The notes below the pieces were generated by a model. That model was not told the DNA's origin and did no database searches. It worked only from the letters and a program-made list of their open reading frames with translations. The position numbers and the translations under genes were made by a program. Shown piece by piece: positions 21,801 to 31,610 of a stretch of DNA of 64,000 nucleotides; positions within the stretch are counted from its first letter, which is position 1; the number at the start of each line of letters is the position of its first letter. The stretch is from an uncultured virus (IMG/VR IMGVR_UViG_3300027963_000042). Lineage: Duplodnaviria > Heunggongvirae > Uroviricota > Caudoviricetes. Location of the stretch: IMG/VR virus record IMGVR_UViG_3300027963_000042, positions 62,001 through 126,000 of that record, one strand, 5' to 3'.

Positions 21801-22847
21801 TCCAAGAATCCATAAATCATTCGCGTGGATAGTTAGCCCATCCTGATTCGTATTGTGGCCTATTAGCTCTATACCAAGCACAGCATTTGAATTCAATGAA
21901 GAATTTAAGGTATTAAATTGCGTGTGTGATGTTCCATTAAAATGCCAAAGACCTGTTCCCTGTCCAAGCTCACCGTCTCCTATTGAATAAAAAACATGTC
22001 CATTATCCCTTGCTTTCACACAAGTTATTGGACCCCCACTAACCCCATAATTCCAGAATTCAACACCATCAAAATACGAAATACCTATGTCAGTTCCGAT
22101 CCACAGGTTTCCATTCTCGTCAAAGTCTAAACAATACACGTTATCTGATATTATTCCGCTTGTGCTAGTGTTGTAAACTTTTGCCTGCTGGATATATTTT
22201 GATCCGTTTGTTAAAGTTATGGTTTGTAATTTTCCTTGGGGAACAACAAAAAGCCCTTCCGAAGTTCCCATATAGTAAAGATAATCCTTACCGTCATACC
22301 CTTTAGTTTCTATATCATAGATATGCGGCCAAGTATAATCATCAACGGTTTCATCCCATTGATCGGTTTCTTTAAAATAATAAAATAATCTTCCACCGGT
22401 GGCTCCATTTATTCTTGTATAATCAGATGCACCGGTTCCGCCTACCCCGTTAAGTGGATTGATAAAAGCTAAAATATCGTCACCAAAGGGGCAAGCGTAT
22501 ATTAATGAAACTTCCTGAGGCTGATTGAAAGTTCCCAAAGCCTGGAATGTCCAGCTATCACCCTCGTCAACTTTATTAGTATTGATCCAAAAAACTGCAA
22601 TCTGATTTATGTTAGCATTTCCTGCTGTTGGTCCTTGTGCTACACCAACCCAAGCTTTATCCTCCGGATCTATTGATATACATCTGGTATCCAGATAGTA
22701 TGGGGAAACCTGGGGAACTGCAGAGTTTGTGCTGTCGTAATATTCCCAGATTGACCCGTTGAATCTTCTAACATCCTGACCTGAAGCCCAAGCGTAAAAT
22801 TCTTGATCTAGATCTATCTGATTAATATAAAGGGATGAATTAGGCAT
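18813..22847 (-). CDS. Large virion protein with beta-propeller repeats and a C-terminal PKD/Ig-like domain
   Basis: SGIISDNVYCLDFDENGNLWIGTDIGISYFDG resembles regulator-propeller repeats; C-terminal YTFVDAGYYTIYNQVEDSAGN is PKD-like. Confidence 0.65.
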   Translation of the reverse strand: MPNSSLYINQIDLDQEFYAWASGQDVRRFNGSIWEYYDSTNSAVPQVSPYYLDTRCISIDPEDKAWVGVAQGPTAGNANINQIAVFWINTNKVDEGDSWTFQALGTFNQPQEVSLIYACPFGDDILAFINPLNGVGGTGASDYTRINGATGGRLFYYFKETDQWDETVDDYTWPHIYDIETKGYDGKDYLYYMGTSEGLFVVPQGKLQTITLTNGSKYIQQAKVYNTSTSGIISDNVYCLDFDENGNLWIGTDIGISYFDGVEFWNYGVSGGPITCVKARDNGHVFYSIGDGELGQGTGLWHFNGTSHTQFNTLNSSLNSNAVLGIELIGHNTNQDGLTIHANDLWILGYNQLSLFAYDLPHVYGSSKYAGATGWNFTYHTATGGGSPLPKVNKYTWTYPEWMVYDSSFLEYKHPGLDPRNLFLTTKLSDIADGRAGKQPYWNNWALPSFEQDQISESIQASEWEKSISYISGASGNIGMFRVTSSATQTFLGEKKYYVGGYIQPDIYTGNYSIQFGYYADNTPAILSDYGPSLNSGTLSTYNSVNNGKTGFIVSYSERGNVESILPFKGFSTEVQSLCSSEDGLYLYASGTFNRFIEVGEFVWGAYGFPITTGGATGAPVGITNPNVPGATAGTYPGIGVPSFGTVVINSPWSVSVGSGDSVANTYCDFGFTGFSAGTGGSYDNVNLVYLSFINGVGGNEFSSINNRLTGQSLIIVQGGNTAYYRIDQIYRDTNSFGIRTTYQSGATAAFPYTNGTSITIQVGQRTPSVYPYTIDNAGSKTDSNAAYVVKIGRDLGSSSTFTDINGVTGDYESNVRKKYRINSFRYFPPVSTVALPYPGGTVSTKIDSSRYHVNLAITHTSNTPVIFSSLKNEWDRTGDISTVPYYIGDLASNEFGAYIKLDSDNLDLVEIKSTSGSTGGFSIEDIKSSNNENGFIITGQSSGTFNMMGLNILHPSPSASKNYPFYIISGPTANGITGGIVDIGGTSSYNGIKKIITAKDNSGYYVNTIMGDYGQGVTGTYFGSQIVLGSTGQNYLYTAEITDQGTLRDISYNSTGVLDRDMGFLAFDKINESQFFTSYQINTPGLTGYSVALLKTNNANKNLDLQNLGTFEGDLTFSKDTSSNVFIFGVNTSGSTGGTGSFISFGSTGGFSTLSEQYYPELGINLGNIISRPGSGAWTWCDVHSTDNYMEIPLLSTVVFNNYASNIYGKKNNKWILSNSETKDELLNIKGSPYFIYTFVDAGYYTIYNQVEDSAGNIYEVSKPGFIKVIDHKDKRPDDTRPDFVDSSDYGYPNPPFLARDYQAMRLGKDLMYQEMEILQANKGQFGSAIVIPNNPDSTFNRE

Positions 22848-22870
22848 CTATCTTTTTTTAAATTGTATTG

Positions 22871-22878
22871 TATATATT
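22871..22878 (-). promoter_or_regulatory. Putative late promoter variant AATATATA
   Basis: 23 nt upstream of the 22847 start. Confidence 0.5.
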
Positions 22879-22904
22879 TGAATTTTAATAACAGGGATAT
22901 TAAA

Positions 22905-24635
22905 TTATGGACTGCCGAAATACCATCCTCTTACAGGACCAGTAGATCCGGGGTTGGCTATCTGATATGGGTTGGCTATTCTATTTGTATTGAAAGAAAT
23001 CCAATTTGTTTTACCTATGGTTGCTGTTGTAGGAACTCCTCGCCTCCCAGCCCAAGGACCGTTGTCGCTTAGATCTACTGCAGCTAGAAAAAGGCCCGAA
23101 CCTCCCCAGTCGTTATCTATAATTGAAATTTTAAGGCCATTAAAAGTATTTGGATCTACTAATCCTATATTATACATCCATGCATAATCGGGAGAAGCCG
23201 AAGCAACAATGTTATTTTCAAACCCGTTTCCATTACTAACTAAAGCAGCATTTATTAGACTTGCAACACCTAATCCTGCTCCTGTATCCTGCATAAATAC
23301 CAATGTACCATCGGGGGAATTTCCCACACCCCCTGAAATTAATATATCAGATATTGTAACATCAACAGTCATATCATAGCCAGATTCGATATTATTTATA
23401 CAAGGTGAACCCGTGCTAAATCTCAGGGTTAAATATAGTGTAACAGTACCTGATACATACGATGCAGAGGGAAGACAAGCCCCACCGTATCCCCCACTAG
23501 CACCTCCTGCGCCATCAAGTTCAGATTCATAAGCTACGGGATATTCACCGCTATAAAAGGCTACCTCTAATGCTTTAGAAGACTGGTACCCTATGTAAAA
23601 TTCATTAAAAATTAGATTTGATACCTGTGTACTTGTCCAATACCTGTTACTAATTAAAGATTTTCCATAGCCTTGTATATCAGCAAAATAAAATATATTA
23701 TTGAAATAGGTCCCAAGATCACCAGGAAGCATATAATTACCCTGTGTGTACCTTGTTAATGATCCCCATCCGGTTGCTCCAGGTACACCAAGAGCATTAA
23801 AAGCAAGACTGGAAGCAATATATTGTCCAGTGAACAAACCATAATTTATACTGCTGGGCATTACTATATCTTGCGAAGAAGACCAATATGATGTAATTTC
23901 TCCCTGAGCTCTGAATTGAGTGTTATTTATAGGAATAGGTACCGCAGAACTACCAGTGGTATTTACAGAATATGCATTACCAGAACCTGATATACCTAAT
24001 GCTGTTAATAGAATTCCCGTGTCTGCCACGGATTGATAATGCAGGCCTAATGTAAAGGGAGATGCTAAATAATTATAACGCTCAAATAAGCCATTTTTGC
24101 TATATGTCACAGTCACAGAAGAAGATGCAGTGTTACCCAAAAGGCTAGTTAAAATAACAGAGGATGTTGATACGTAAGTTGAATACGTAGCACCAGACTC
24201 AGATCCTGTTAAAGTCAACCAGTTGTAAATTATGGCACCCAATTGGTTGTTTGCCGTGGTAATTCCTGGGGTACCCAAACCAGCAACGTTCCATGTATAG
24301 TAGGCAGCACTAGCTGTAGATCCTACTGCAGTATATGTTACTCCTTTTCCCATAGGAACAACAGCGGTCTGGTTGCTGGTCATTGTCATTGAGATATTCT
24401 CAGGAGCTACAACAATTATGTTTGACTTCTCGTTGGAAGAACTGATGCTTCCGATGCTTACAGTCAATTTAGCACTAAATCCAGTATTTGATGGGGAAGC
24501 ATATCTAACAATAGGATTAGTTGCGGTTGCCCCGGTAGGTGTTCCCCCCGGGAAATTCCAGATCCTTCCAGTAGGTGATCCCTCTGAGATGTCCTGATAT
24601 AAAATGTAATCCCCTTGGCTTATTGATATTGACAT
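22905..24635 (-). CDS. PKD-domain virion protein
   Basis: N-terminus YQDISEGSPTGRIWNFPGGTPTGATATNPIVRY matches the PKD pattern (W.F.GG.P...NP.V.Y). Confidence 0.65.
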   Translation of the reverse strand: MSISISQGDYILYQDISEGSPTGRIWNFPGGTPTGATATNPIVRYASPSNTGFSAKLTVSIGSISSSNEKSNIIVVAPENISMTMTSNQTAVVPMGKGVTYTAVGSTASAAYYTWNVAGLGTPGITTANNQLGAIIYNWLTLTGSESGATYSTYVSTSSVILTSLLGNTASSSVTVTYSKNGLFERYNYLASPFTLGLHYQSVADTGILLTALGISGSGNAYSVNTTGSSAVPIPINNTQFRAQGEITSYWSSSQDIVMPSSINYGLFTGQYIASSLAFNALGVPGATGWGSLTRYTQGNYMLPGDLGTYFNNIFYFADIQGYGKSLISNRYWTSTQVSNLIFNEFYIGYQSSKALEVAFYSGEYPVAYESELDGAGGASGGYGGACLPSASYVSGTVTLYLTLRFSTGSPCINNIESGYDMTVDVTISDILISGGVGNSPDGTLVFMQDTGAGLGVASLINAALVSNGNGFENNIVASASPDYAWMYNIGLVDPNTFNGLKISIIDNDWGGSGLFLAAVDLSDNGPWAGRRGVPTTATIGKTNWISFNTNRIANPYQIANPGSTGPVRGWYFGSP

Positions 24636-24657
24636 TAAAGAATAAGATAGTTTGATT

Positions 24658-24665
24658 TATATATC
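24658..24665 (-). promoter_or_regulatory. Putative late promoter GATATATA
   Basis: 22 nt upstream of the 24635 start. Confidence 0.7.
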
Positions 24666-24678
24666 CAGATTAATATGA

Positions 24679-27600
24679 TCATGGATAAAGTTGGTATGTG
24701 AATTCGGCAACCAATAATCCGCTACCACCTATTTGTGAAGGTGGCGGAGCACTCTGAGAATTGGATACCCCCGAATCATTTACAGAAACATTTATTGGAG
24801 GGGTATTTAAAGGTAAATTACCGCTTTCATTAGGAATCGGTCTATAATAAAAATTCTGAATATTAGGATCCGCTGAATTATTTAGCTGATCTGCTAATTC
24901 TCCTATAGTCAAAGAAGCTAATCCTGGCTGTATAGTCATTCCCGTAGGAAATGGATAAAATTCGTTACCTGTGCTAATCTTTAAGAAATCACCTGGTGTT
25001 ATGTTATGTAGTTCATATCCGCCAAGCCAATCGTTATTAAACTCATAATCAAACCATGTATGCGCATAGCCTTCGTCCCATCCATTATCCGTGAATATGT
25101 CCCAATTTATCTTTTTAGTTCCCCAATATTTTAAATTTGCATTGGGTAGAGCTGAACTAGATTCGGACCAATAAACGTATGTTTCGGCAGAACTAGATCC
25201 ACCTGATAATCCCGCAGAATCTGAAATTACCGAAATTGATCCAGTAGCTTCATATGTTAGTAATACACCATTTTGATCTGCACCTAGTTCATCGGGTGCA
25301 CTGATAACCAAAGTAACAGGATCGTTACTTGGATCCGTGCAAGAAGCAAAATAATCGGGATAGGTTCTAAGCGAATTAACAGAAGATGCTATAGCATTTA
25401 CCGTTCTGTATAGGGAATCTCCAGATTCACTAGAACCTACTAATCTTCCACCTACATAGACAGAAATACTTCCTGCCCCGGTAACATATTGGTTGGTAAA
25501 TACAGCGGAATCTACAGATAATCTGGAAGGTCCGGTTAAGCCTACTGTATTGCTCCACGAAGAACTGATTATTGTGGATACAGTAAAGGTATTATTAGAT
25601 CCGGAAGGAACGGTTATTATCCATCTACCTAGTAATTCCGGTATGGTATCCAATAAGGTTACTTCTTCGCCTGTGCTAAGATTATGTGGGGTAGCACATA
25701 TCACTGTGGCAAAACTATATTGTCCTGATATAATTAAATAAGAGGTTATCTCCGTTATAGCTATATTTGATTGGGTAAACGAGATATACCCAGTTGCTCC
25801 AATAGGATCTGTGTTTACCTTAACGTAAGCATCTTGTCCTTCTTCAGATTTATTTCCATAGGTAGCAAAATCTAGGATTTCGCTAGGGATGGTCTTTTCT
25901 AAAACCTCTATCGTCTCACCCTCAGCAGGATATTCCCATATTGAATTATAATCTTCCCATCCCTTAAATACATTTCTCCATGTGTAATCCTCTACCTCTC
26001 TATATCTGGTCCACGCATCAATATCTATAATCTTTGGGCTCACCGTTATAGCTCCATTCTTTATCGCTACCGTTTTAGCGTTAAAGGCGTCATAGACGTT
26101 GCATGTTACCTGATAAACACCAGTGTATGGTACAAAGTGGGCTAAGGTATAAAAGTCCAGTATAGACCCTCTAAATTGGAAATTATAAGGGCTTCCTTGT
26201 TGTGTTGCTGGTTTATTTATTATCCACTCAATATCAACCATGTTAGAGAAATCTACGTTTCTCCAGTTAAGTAAAGAATAATTCTGTATGGTTGAGAATA
26301 ATGATGCTTCGTCTGTGTTTACTGTCGTTGAGTTATCAAGGAAAACACTATAGATACCGGTGGAATAACTAACAGCTGTTACTTTACCGAATATGTTTGT
26401 TGGCTTGTATAAAACTCTGCTACCAACTTTAAATACAGGAATAAGAATGGACGACCAATTTATATTCAGCTCGTCCCAAGTCCATCTATCTAAAATAAGT
26501 TCCAATACTATTGGCATACCCAAAGGTGTATCGTAAATTAATCCTGTTGTTGGATCAGTATAAGCTGGTGGATCATATTTTCCATCCCCCAGTTCAAGCA
26601 ATTCACCGTTCTGTTTGAGATCATAGAAATTAGTGATTGCATTCAACATAGAATCATTCTGTGTAACCGTGTATAATTGCTGATTGGATAAAGGATCTAT
26701 TATATTTCCCAAATCCGAAATCTCCGCCGGTGCAACTTCTATTATCCCATTAAGTAGGGCTTTATTGGTGGAAGAATAATAATATACAGGTGATGTCTGC
26801 TGTGGTGTTACATTCCAAATTAAGCTAGGACCCCCTGATGTAACACCATTGTTAATTATACCTAATGGGTCCACCTGGGAAAGTCCGGGATCGGTTGTTA
26901 TATAAAAATCAAATTCTGCTGGGGAAATACTAAATTCATAGGTATTACCAGCATTAATATTTAATACCGGGTTAGGTCCATTTAATCCAGTTGGTCCGGT
27001 AAGTCCAGCTATATAAAGCGCACTTCCTGTTCCTCCCGACACCTCCACGTAAGCATCAAACTTATTGTAATATGAAGAAGGTGTCTGTATAGAAGTGCTT
27101 AAAGGTCTAGTAGAAAAATTTCTAAGATCCTCGATAAATCCAAAATCCGGGGTAACCTTAATGTCAGTATAAAACCCCGATTCAATATCAGGTCTTTGCA
27201 TGACATCTGTCCATGCCTTAGTATTATAAACGTTGAAATAAATACCCTCACCAGTTATATCAATGATTCTTGCATTAAGTGGTAAATAATCTCTCTTAAG
27301 CCTTTCCTTAAGGGCAAACATTTTTATAAGAACTTCCTCTTGAGTAAATTTAAAATTATCAACAACTTCAGGATACCCGTAATCTGAATCATTTCCCGTG
27401 GTTTTATTTATATCATAATATAGACCGAATAAAGAGGTTTTTTTATACGTTCTGCTAGGTAGAATTGTGGTATCAGAGGAAACATCAAGAACATATTGTC
27501 CATCAGCATTTGGTCCATAAGTTTGAACCAATTTATATTTACCCGAATTTGGATTGTCTAAAACATCTCCTATCGAATAACTCTGGGTATATCCTCCAGA

Positions 27601-28869
27601 TTGCTGTCTTTTTATCGCATTGAGGAATTGCTTATTCTGTTGTAGTGGTGATTCTAATCTTGCACTCCGGTATTGTAGGTTTAGCCAATATTCTTTTATT
27701 CTTAAATCCTGATATCCAAAGAATCTGATTGCATTGATTAGACCCTTGTAACTTCCTATGTAAGGAAATATCTCCTCTCCTGCTATTAATAACTCTTTCC
27801 TCTTATCATTTATTTCTAGGTAATTTGGAAGGGGTTCAGAAGGATCATGATCTCTTAGTATAATTGAATCGTCCTGGTAAAAAGCTCTACCCATGTTTTT
27901 TAACATGACACTAAATCTCTCATCCTCACCGACTATTTCGCCATAAAAATCCATCTCGATTATTTTCACAGGCGTGCCTGTACTAATATCCTCTATGATT
28001 AATTTTCTCTCATAGATATTAGATGCTAAGTCAGTTGCATTAATAGCAACATTTATTGATAAAGCCTCCGAATTTATTAAAGATGTTGAAACATAACCAT
28101 TACCAGAAAGACTGTCAGTAGGACTGGCATCCACATTATAGACCAGGTTGGGGTAGCTAACTATTAAAGGCTGTCCATCTCCACCTTCGAGTTGGTCTTC
28201 TATCTTGTATGTGAATATAATTTCAGATACGTCAGTTTCACCATAGCTATCATTATACCATCGGGATCTCCATTTACCAGCAGTAGCTCCGGTGGCTCCT
28301 GTATGAGGGAGTCCATATTCTAGATTGCCTGAGTTATTAAGCGTCTGAACTATGAATATCTGCTGGTTCTCGTAAAGTCCGGAGGAAACCGGATCAAAAT
28401 ATATGTTACCCTTAAAATATCCGCCAGGTCTGTTAGAATAAGTTGCATTAAAATAAATTTGATTATTTAGACTTATCAATCTTTGCCCATTAATAGTATC
28501 GACTTCAAAGTTAACCCTTAAATATGTTGAATTATTTACAACAGATGATATCTTAGCTTCAAATTCCCCCTGGTTTGCTATTCTACCTTCAATGTATACA
28601 TCTGCACCATTAAGTATAGCGCTGTTTATCGAATCACCCCAAGCTACAATGTTAAATCCATTTACATCAGCTATATTCAAATCGATATAAGATGGATTAC
28701 TGTCCAGCTGACTAACTGATATCTGGCCCTCTGAAGAAACCGATGATGAAGTTACGTACGTAAACTTTTGATCAAGTTCACTAGGACCTGTTGCCCCAAT
28801 GTAGTCAAAGTTTAGCGGACTTCCAGTCTTATCATAAAAATTAAGCCTTCTATAGAAAAATTCTGACAT
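24679..28869 (-). CDS. Large baseplate wedge-like protein (gp7-like position)
   Basis: IGSYKGLINAIRFFGY..RIKEYW resembles the wedge KG...I...F motif; follows the gp25/gp6-like genes; contains Ig-like segments. Confidence 0.55.
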   Translation of the reverse strand: MSEFFYRRLNFYDKTGSPLNFDYIGATGPSELDQKFTYVTSSSVSSEGQISVSQLDSNPSYIDLNIADVNGFNIVAWGDSINSAILNGADVYIEGRIANQGEFEAKISSVVNNSTYLRVNFEVDTINGQRLISLNNQIYFNATYSNRPGGYFKGNIYFDPVSSGLYENQQIFIVQTLNNSGNLEYGLPHTGATGATAGKWRSRWYNDSYGETDVSEIIFTYKIEDQLEGGDGQPLIVSYPNLVYNVDASPTDSLSGNGYVSTSLINSEALSINVAINATDLASNIYERKLIIEDISTGTPVKIIEMDFYGEIVGEDERFSVMLKNMGRAFYQDDSIILRDHDPSEPLPNYLEINDKRKELLIAGEEIFPYIGSYKGLINAIRFFGYQDLRIKEYWLNLQYRSARLESPLQQNKQFLNAIKRQQSGGYTQSYSIGDVLDNPNSGKYKLVQTYGPNADGQYVLDVSSDTTILPSRTYKKTSLFGLYYDINKTTGNDSDYGYPEVVDNFKFTQEEVLIKMFALKERLKRDYLPLNARIIDITGEGIYFNVYNTKAWTDVMQRPDIESGFYTDIKVTPDFGFIEDLRNFSTRPLSTSIQTPSSYYNKFDAYVEVSGGTGSALYIAGLTGPTGLNGPNPVLNINAGNTYEFSISPAEFDFYITTDPGLSQVDPLGIINNGVTSGGPSLIWNVTPQQTSPVYYYSSTNKALLNGIIEVAPAEISDLGNIIDPLSNQQLYTVTQNDSMLNAITNFYDLKQNGELLELGDGKYDPPAYTDPTTGLIYDTPLGMPIVLELILDRWTWDELNINWSSILIPVFKVGSRVLYKPTNIFGKVTAVSYSTGIYSVFLDNSTTVNTDEASLFSTIQNYSLLNWRNVDFSNMVDIEWIINKPATQQGSPYNFQFRGSILDFYTLAHFVPYTGVYQVTCNVYDAFNAKTVAIKNGAITVSPKIIDIDAWTRYREVEDYTWRNVFKGWEDYNSIWEYPAEGETIEVLEKTIPSEILDFATYGNKSEEGQDAYVKVNTDPIGATGYISFTQSNIAITEITSYLIISGQYSFATVICATPHNLSTGEEVTLLDTIPELLGRWIITVPSGSNNTFTVSTIISSSWSNTVGLTGPSRLSVDSAVFTNQYVTGAGSISVYVGGRLVGSSESGDSLYRTVNAIASSVNSLRTYPDYFASCTDPSNDPVTLVISAPDELGADQNGVLLTYEATGSISVISDSAGLSGGSSSAETYVYWSESSSALPNANLKYWGTKKINWDIFTDNGWDEGYAHTWFDYEFNNDWLGGYELHNITPGDFLKISTGNEFYPFPTGMTIQPGLASLTIGELADQLNNSADPNIQNFYYRPIPNESGNLPLNTPPINVSVNDSGVSNSQSAPPPSQIGGSGLLVAEFTYQLYP

Positions 28870-28872
28870 ATT

Positions 28873-29403
28873 TTAAAAAACCCTTTTATTATTTTTTTTA
28901 ACCGTGTAATTAATAAAATTCTTAATCTGTTTGGTCGTTTCAACTAGACCAAAAACTACCCTATTAAAATATCCGAGTATTCCCTCTTTGATCGGATCTC
29001 TATAAAGAACGTTAGATAAAGATCTTTTTAATAACTGATCTTTATAATCAAATCCGTTATAGAGATTGTCATTAAAGCTATCTCTTATATCATAGATATT
29101 CTGGGTGGGATCAAATTCATAGTACCTTCTTTCTACTGGAATTTTTGGCATTAATTTCATAATAGTTTTATATTGCAGCATATCAGAGCAAGGTGCATAT
29201 TTATATTCTCCTAAACCGCTAGAAAGAATTCTTCTATATCCAGAGCATCCTATATTATAAGATCTTTCGGAAGCAAGTTCTGCTGTTGGGTATAAATCCT
29301 TAGCATCGTAGAAAGTAGTGTTATTCGTTTGCGGTTTTATCCCAGCAACGGTATAGTTTATTCCTTTCTTAAGGTCCGGAAAAAATGGTGAATAGTTATC
29401 CAT
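28873..29403 (-). CDS. Hypothetical baseplate-region protein
   Basis: 176 aa with a GC.G...YAPC motif; start overlaps the upstream stop by 1 nt. Confidence 0.5.
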   Translation of the reverse strand: MDNYSPFFPDLKKGINYTVAGIKPQTNNTTFYDAKDLYPTAELASERSYNIGCSGYRRILSSGLGEYKYAPCSDMLQYKTIMKLMPKIPVERRYYEFDPTQNIYDIRDSFNDNLYNGFDYKDQLLKRSLSNVLYRDPIKEGILGYFNRVVFGLVETTKQIKNFINYTVKKNNKRVF

Positions 29404-31127
29404 TAGTTATTTTTTATAAGTTGAGATTTCATTTCAGCATTTAGAGACATGTTAAAATTCATGGGTATTATTTTAGCAATACTTACATTAAGAGCTCCGG
29501 GTTTACCCTGAATGATTCCCTGTTGATAATCTGTACCATTTCTATCGGTCCATCCTCCTCTTAAAACAACCAAGTCATTTCTACCTATTACAATATCTCC
29601 AAATTCATTGAGTCCAACCTGGTTTTGTAACTGAGCAGCTGAAACGTTGGTTAAACTTCTAAGTAGAGTTTGATTTTTTTCATTAGCTTCACCTACAAAA
29701 TAGAAAGAAACCGAATCTACTCCATCAACAGATTCAACTAACGCTATTATATCAGATTTAGGAATGAAATCTCTTCTTTTTAGGTTTAGCATATACTCGG
29801 AAATTTTCTTTCTTATAGCTTGTCTTATTGTCTCCGGATCATACCCTTCAAACATAGTAATTACCACGTTTGCAACATATCTTTTAATTTGAGGTTCAAC
29901 TATTCTAACAACAGTTGTTGCGATCATAGACCCTGAATCCTCAATAAGATTTATTATCTTATTTTTCTGGTTAGTGCTAAGTAAAAAGTCTGATACTGGA
30001 ATATCGAAATAATCCTCATTAGAAGAGATATTTAAAGTTATATCGGGAACTAAGAAAATATAAACAACGTTATCATCATCAAGATAATCATCATCAAATG
30101 TGGAAAATGCTTGAATCTGAGAGAATATACCAAGTTTATTTAGAAAAACTTCGTAATTTTGCGCATTGGCAAAAACAAAAGATCTGCTGGTCTTTGGTGC
30201 AACCAATCTTATTAGATTTGTAGTTTCTGGATTGGTTCCGAAAGAAGGATCTATAGCATTAAGAGCATCTATATACTCATTTAGATCTACCTCAGCTCCA
30301 AATAAATCTGTTCCGCTGGTAACCAATTTATAAGTTAGAGGTTTTTCCTTAGTGGAAATAGCGTTTCCTGATCCTCCTGATGTCTGAAGATATTCTATTC
30401 TTATTCTCGAGCCTCTTTGCGGAACCATACCAAAATTAGAATTTCCAAAATAAACATCCAGTCCTTCCTGTATTCCTGTTCTAACAATAAATCCCTTTCC
30501 ATTTAAAGGAATATCATATAATGAATCATATCTTCTCCATTTTTCCTCGTTAACATAAACATCAACATAGAACTGGTCAAGGTAAGATCCAGCGGAAGAC
30601 GGAAGATTAAAACTTTGCAAAGCGTTTCCAGTTCCGGTTACTACAGAACTAATAAAATCCCCCTGTGCTACTTTAACTCTAAGCGGGCTTGGACTACCAC
30701 TAAGTTGAATAGTTACCCTTGAAGATCCAAAAACTAAAGAATATAATTTACCATTTTCCTGACATCTTATTTGTGCATGGTTGTTGATTATAACCGCGCT
30801 TCCCCCTATATCTGATTGTCTTCTATTCCAGGATAATGTTACTTCACCTTGTGCAGTACTTGCTCTTCCGGGATCATAGCCGGCTATTCTAGCTAAACTC
30901 CTAACAGAATAATCTCTAGTTGCTTGTTCTATATTTAATTCCGTTATTGAATCCTCTATAAAATACAGAATCATCTGCGAAAGGTTTTGCAAAACGAAAA
31001 GAATCTGTCCCCAAGCAGATGCTACGGTAAAGAGATTTGTTGTTTGGTTATACGTGTCCTGCAGGAAAGAAAACGTGTCGTTTAATAGACCATTAATCAG
31101 GATATTATTTTTCTTAAAAATATTCAT
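29403..31127 (-). CDS. Baseplate wedge protein, T4 gp6/BplJ-like
   Basis: A..SVRSLARIAGYDP, VYFGNSNFGMVP, IRIEYLQTSGGSGN, PET...IRLVAP and ANAQNYE follow the gp6 motif series. Confidence 0.8.
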   Translation of the reverse strand: MNIFKKNNILINGLLNDTFSFLQDTYNQTTNLFTVASAWGQILFVLQNLSQMILYFIEDSITELNIEQATRDYSVRSLARIAGYDPGRASTAQGEVTLSWNRRQSDIGGSAVIINNHAQIRCQENGKLYSLVFGSSRVTIQLSGSPSPLRVKVAQGDFISSVVTGTGNALQSFNLPSSAGSYLDQFYVDVYVNEEKWRRYDSLYDIPLNGKGFIVRTGIQEGLDVYFGNSNFGMVPQRGSRIRIEYLQTSGGSGNAISTKEKPLTYKLVTSGTDLFGAEVDLNEYIDALNAIDPSFGTNPETTNLIRLVAPKTSRSFVFANAQNYEVFLNKLGIFSQIQAFSTFDDDYLDDDNVVYIFLVPDITLNISSNEDYFDIPVSDFLLSTNQKNKIINLIEDSGSMIATTVVRIVEPQIKRYVANVVITMFEGYDPETIRQAIRKKISEYMLNLKRRDFIPKSDIIALVESVDGVDSVSFYFVGEANEKNQTLLRSLTNVSAAQLQNQVGLNEFGDIVIGRNDLVVLRGGWTDRNGTDYQQGIIQGKPGALNVSIAKIIPMNFNMSLNAEMKSQLIKNN

Positions 31128-31136
31128 TTCTGTATA

Positions 31137-31508
31137 TTAGGTTATTCTTAATGTAACTAGAGGACTTAAACCCCCGTTAGCTGGTATTTTAAAATCTATA
31201 GTTGCTATGTCTCTCTCTGTTCCCTGATAAAATTTAAGGTCATAAGATCCACCTAGCTTTCTGAAAAGAGGAATATATGTTTTTAAAAACAAATCCAATT
31301 CATTTCTAATGCTAGATTCGGAAAGATTTAAACTAAATATAAGCTCCTCTAGATTAAGCCCAAATTTAGTGTCGCCAAGTACTTCACCTTTATTAGTAAG
31401 AAGTATCATTTTTAATTGGCCAACGCAAATTTCTACCGGATCGGTTGTTTCGATCTGGTAGGGGTTGTAGCTTGGGTCTAGTGGATCCCTGTTATAAATC
31501 TCTCTCAT
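31137..31508 (-). CDS. Baseplate gp25-like sheath-initiator protein
   Basis: QLKMILLTNKGEVLGDTKFGLNLEELIF is the gp25/GPW signature (T..GE...P.FG..L..LIF). Confidence 0.8.
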   Translation of the reverse strand: MREIYNRDPLDPSYNPYQIETTDPVEICVGQLKMILLTNKGEVLGDTKFGLNLEELIFSLNLSESSIRNELDLFLKTYIPLFRKLGGSYDLKFYQGTERDIATIDFKIPANGGLSPLVTLRIT

Positions 31509-31524
31509 AGAAAATTTTTCATAT

Positions 31525-31532
31525 TATATATC
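31525..31532 (-). promoter_or_regulatory. Putative late promoter GATATATA
   Basis: 16 nt upstream of the 31508 start, just downstream of a terminator. Confidence 0.7.
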
Positions 31533-31557
31533 TCTGGTTTTAAACACGACGAACGTA

Positions 31558-31600
31558 AACAAAAAACCCCCAATTTATAAAAAATTAGGGGTTTTTTGTT
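31558..31600 (-). terminator. Rho-independent terminator after the neck gene
   Basis: AACAAAAAACCCC-CAATTT...AAATTA-GGGGTTTTTTGTT inverted repeat with T tracts on both strands. Confidence 0.8.
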
Positions 31601-31610
31601 AATGTTTATT

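Noticed and set aside
22873..22880. Plus-strand TATATTTG as a host-type promoter
   Set aside because: It points antisense into a structural gene, overlaps the late motif, and is expected by chance in AT-rich DNA.
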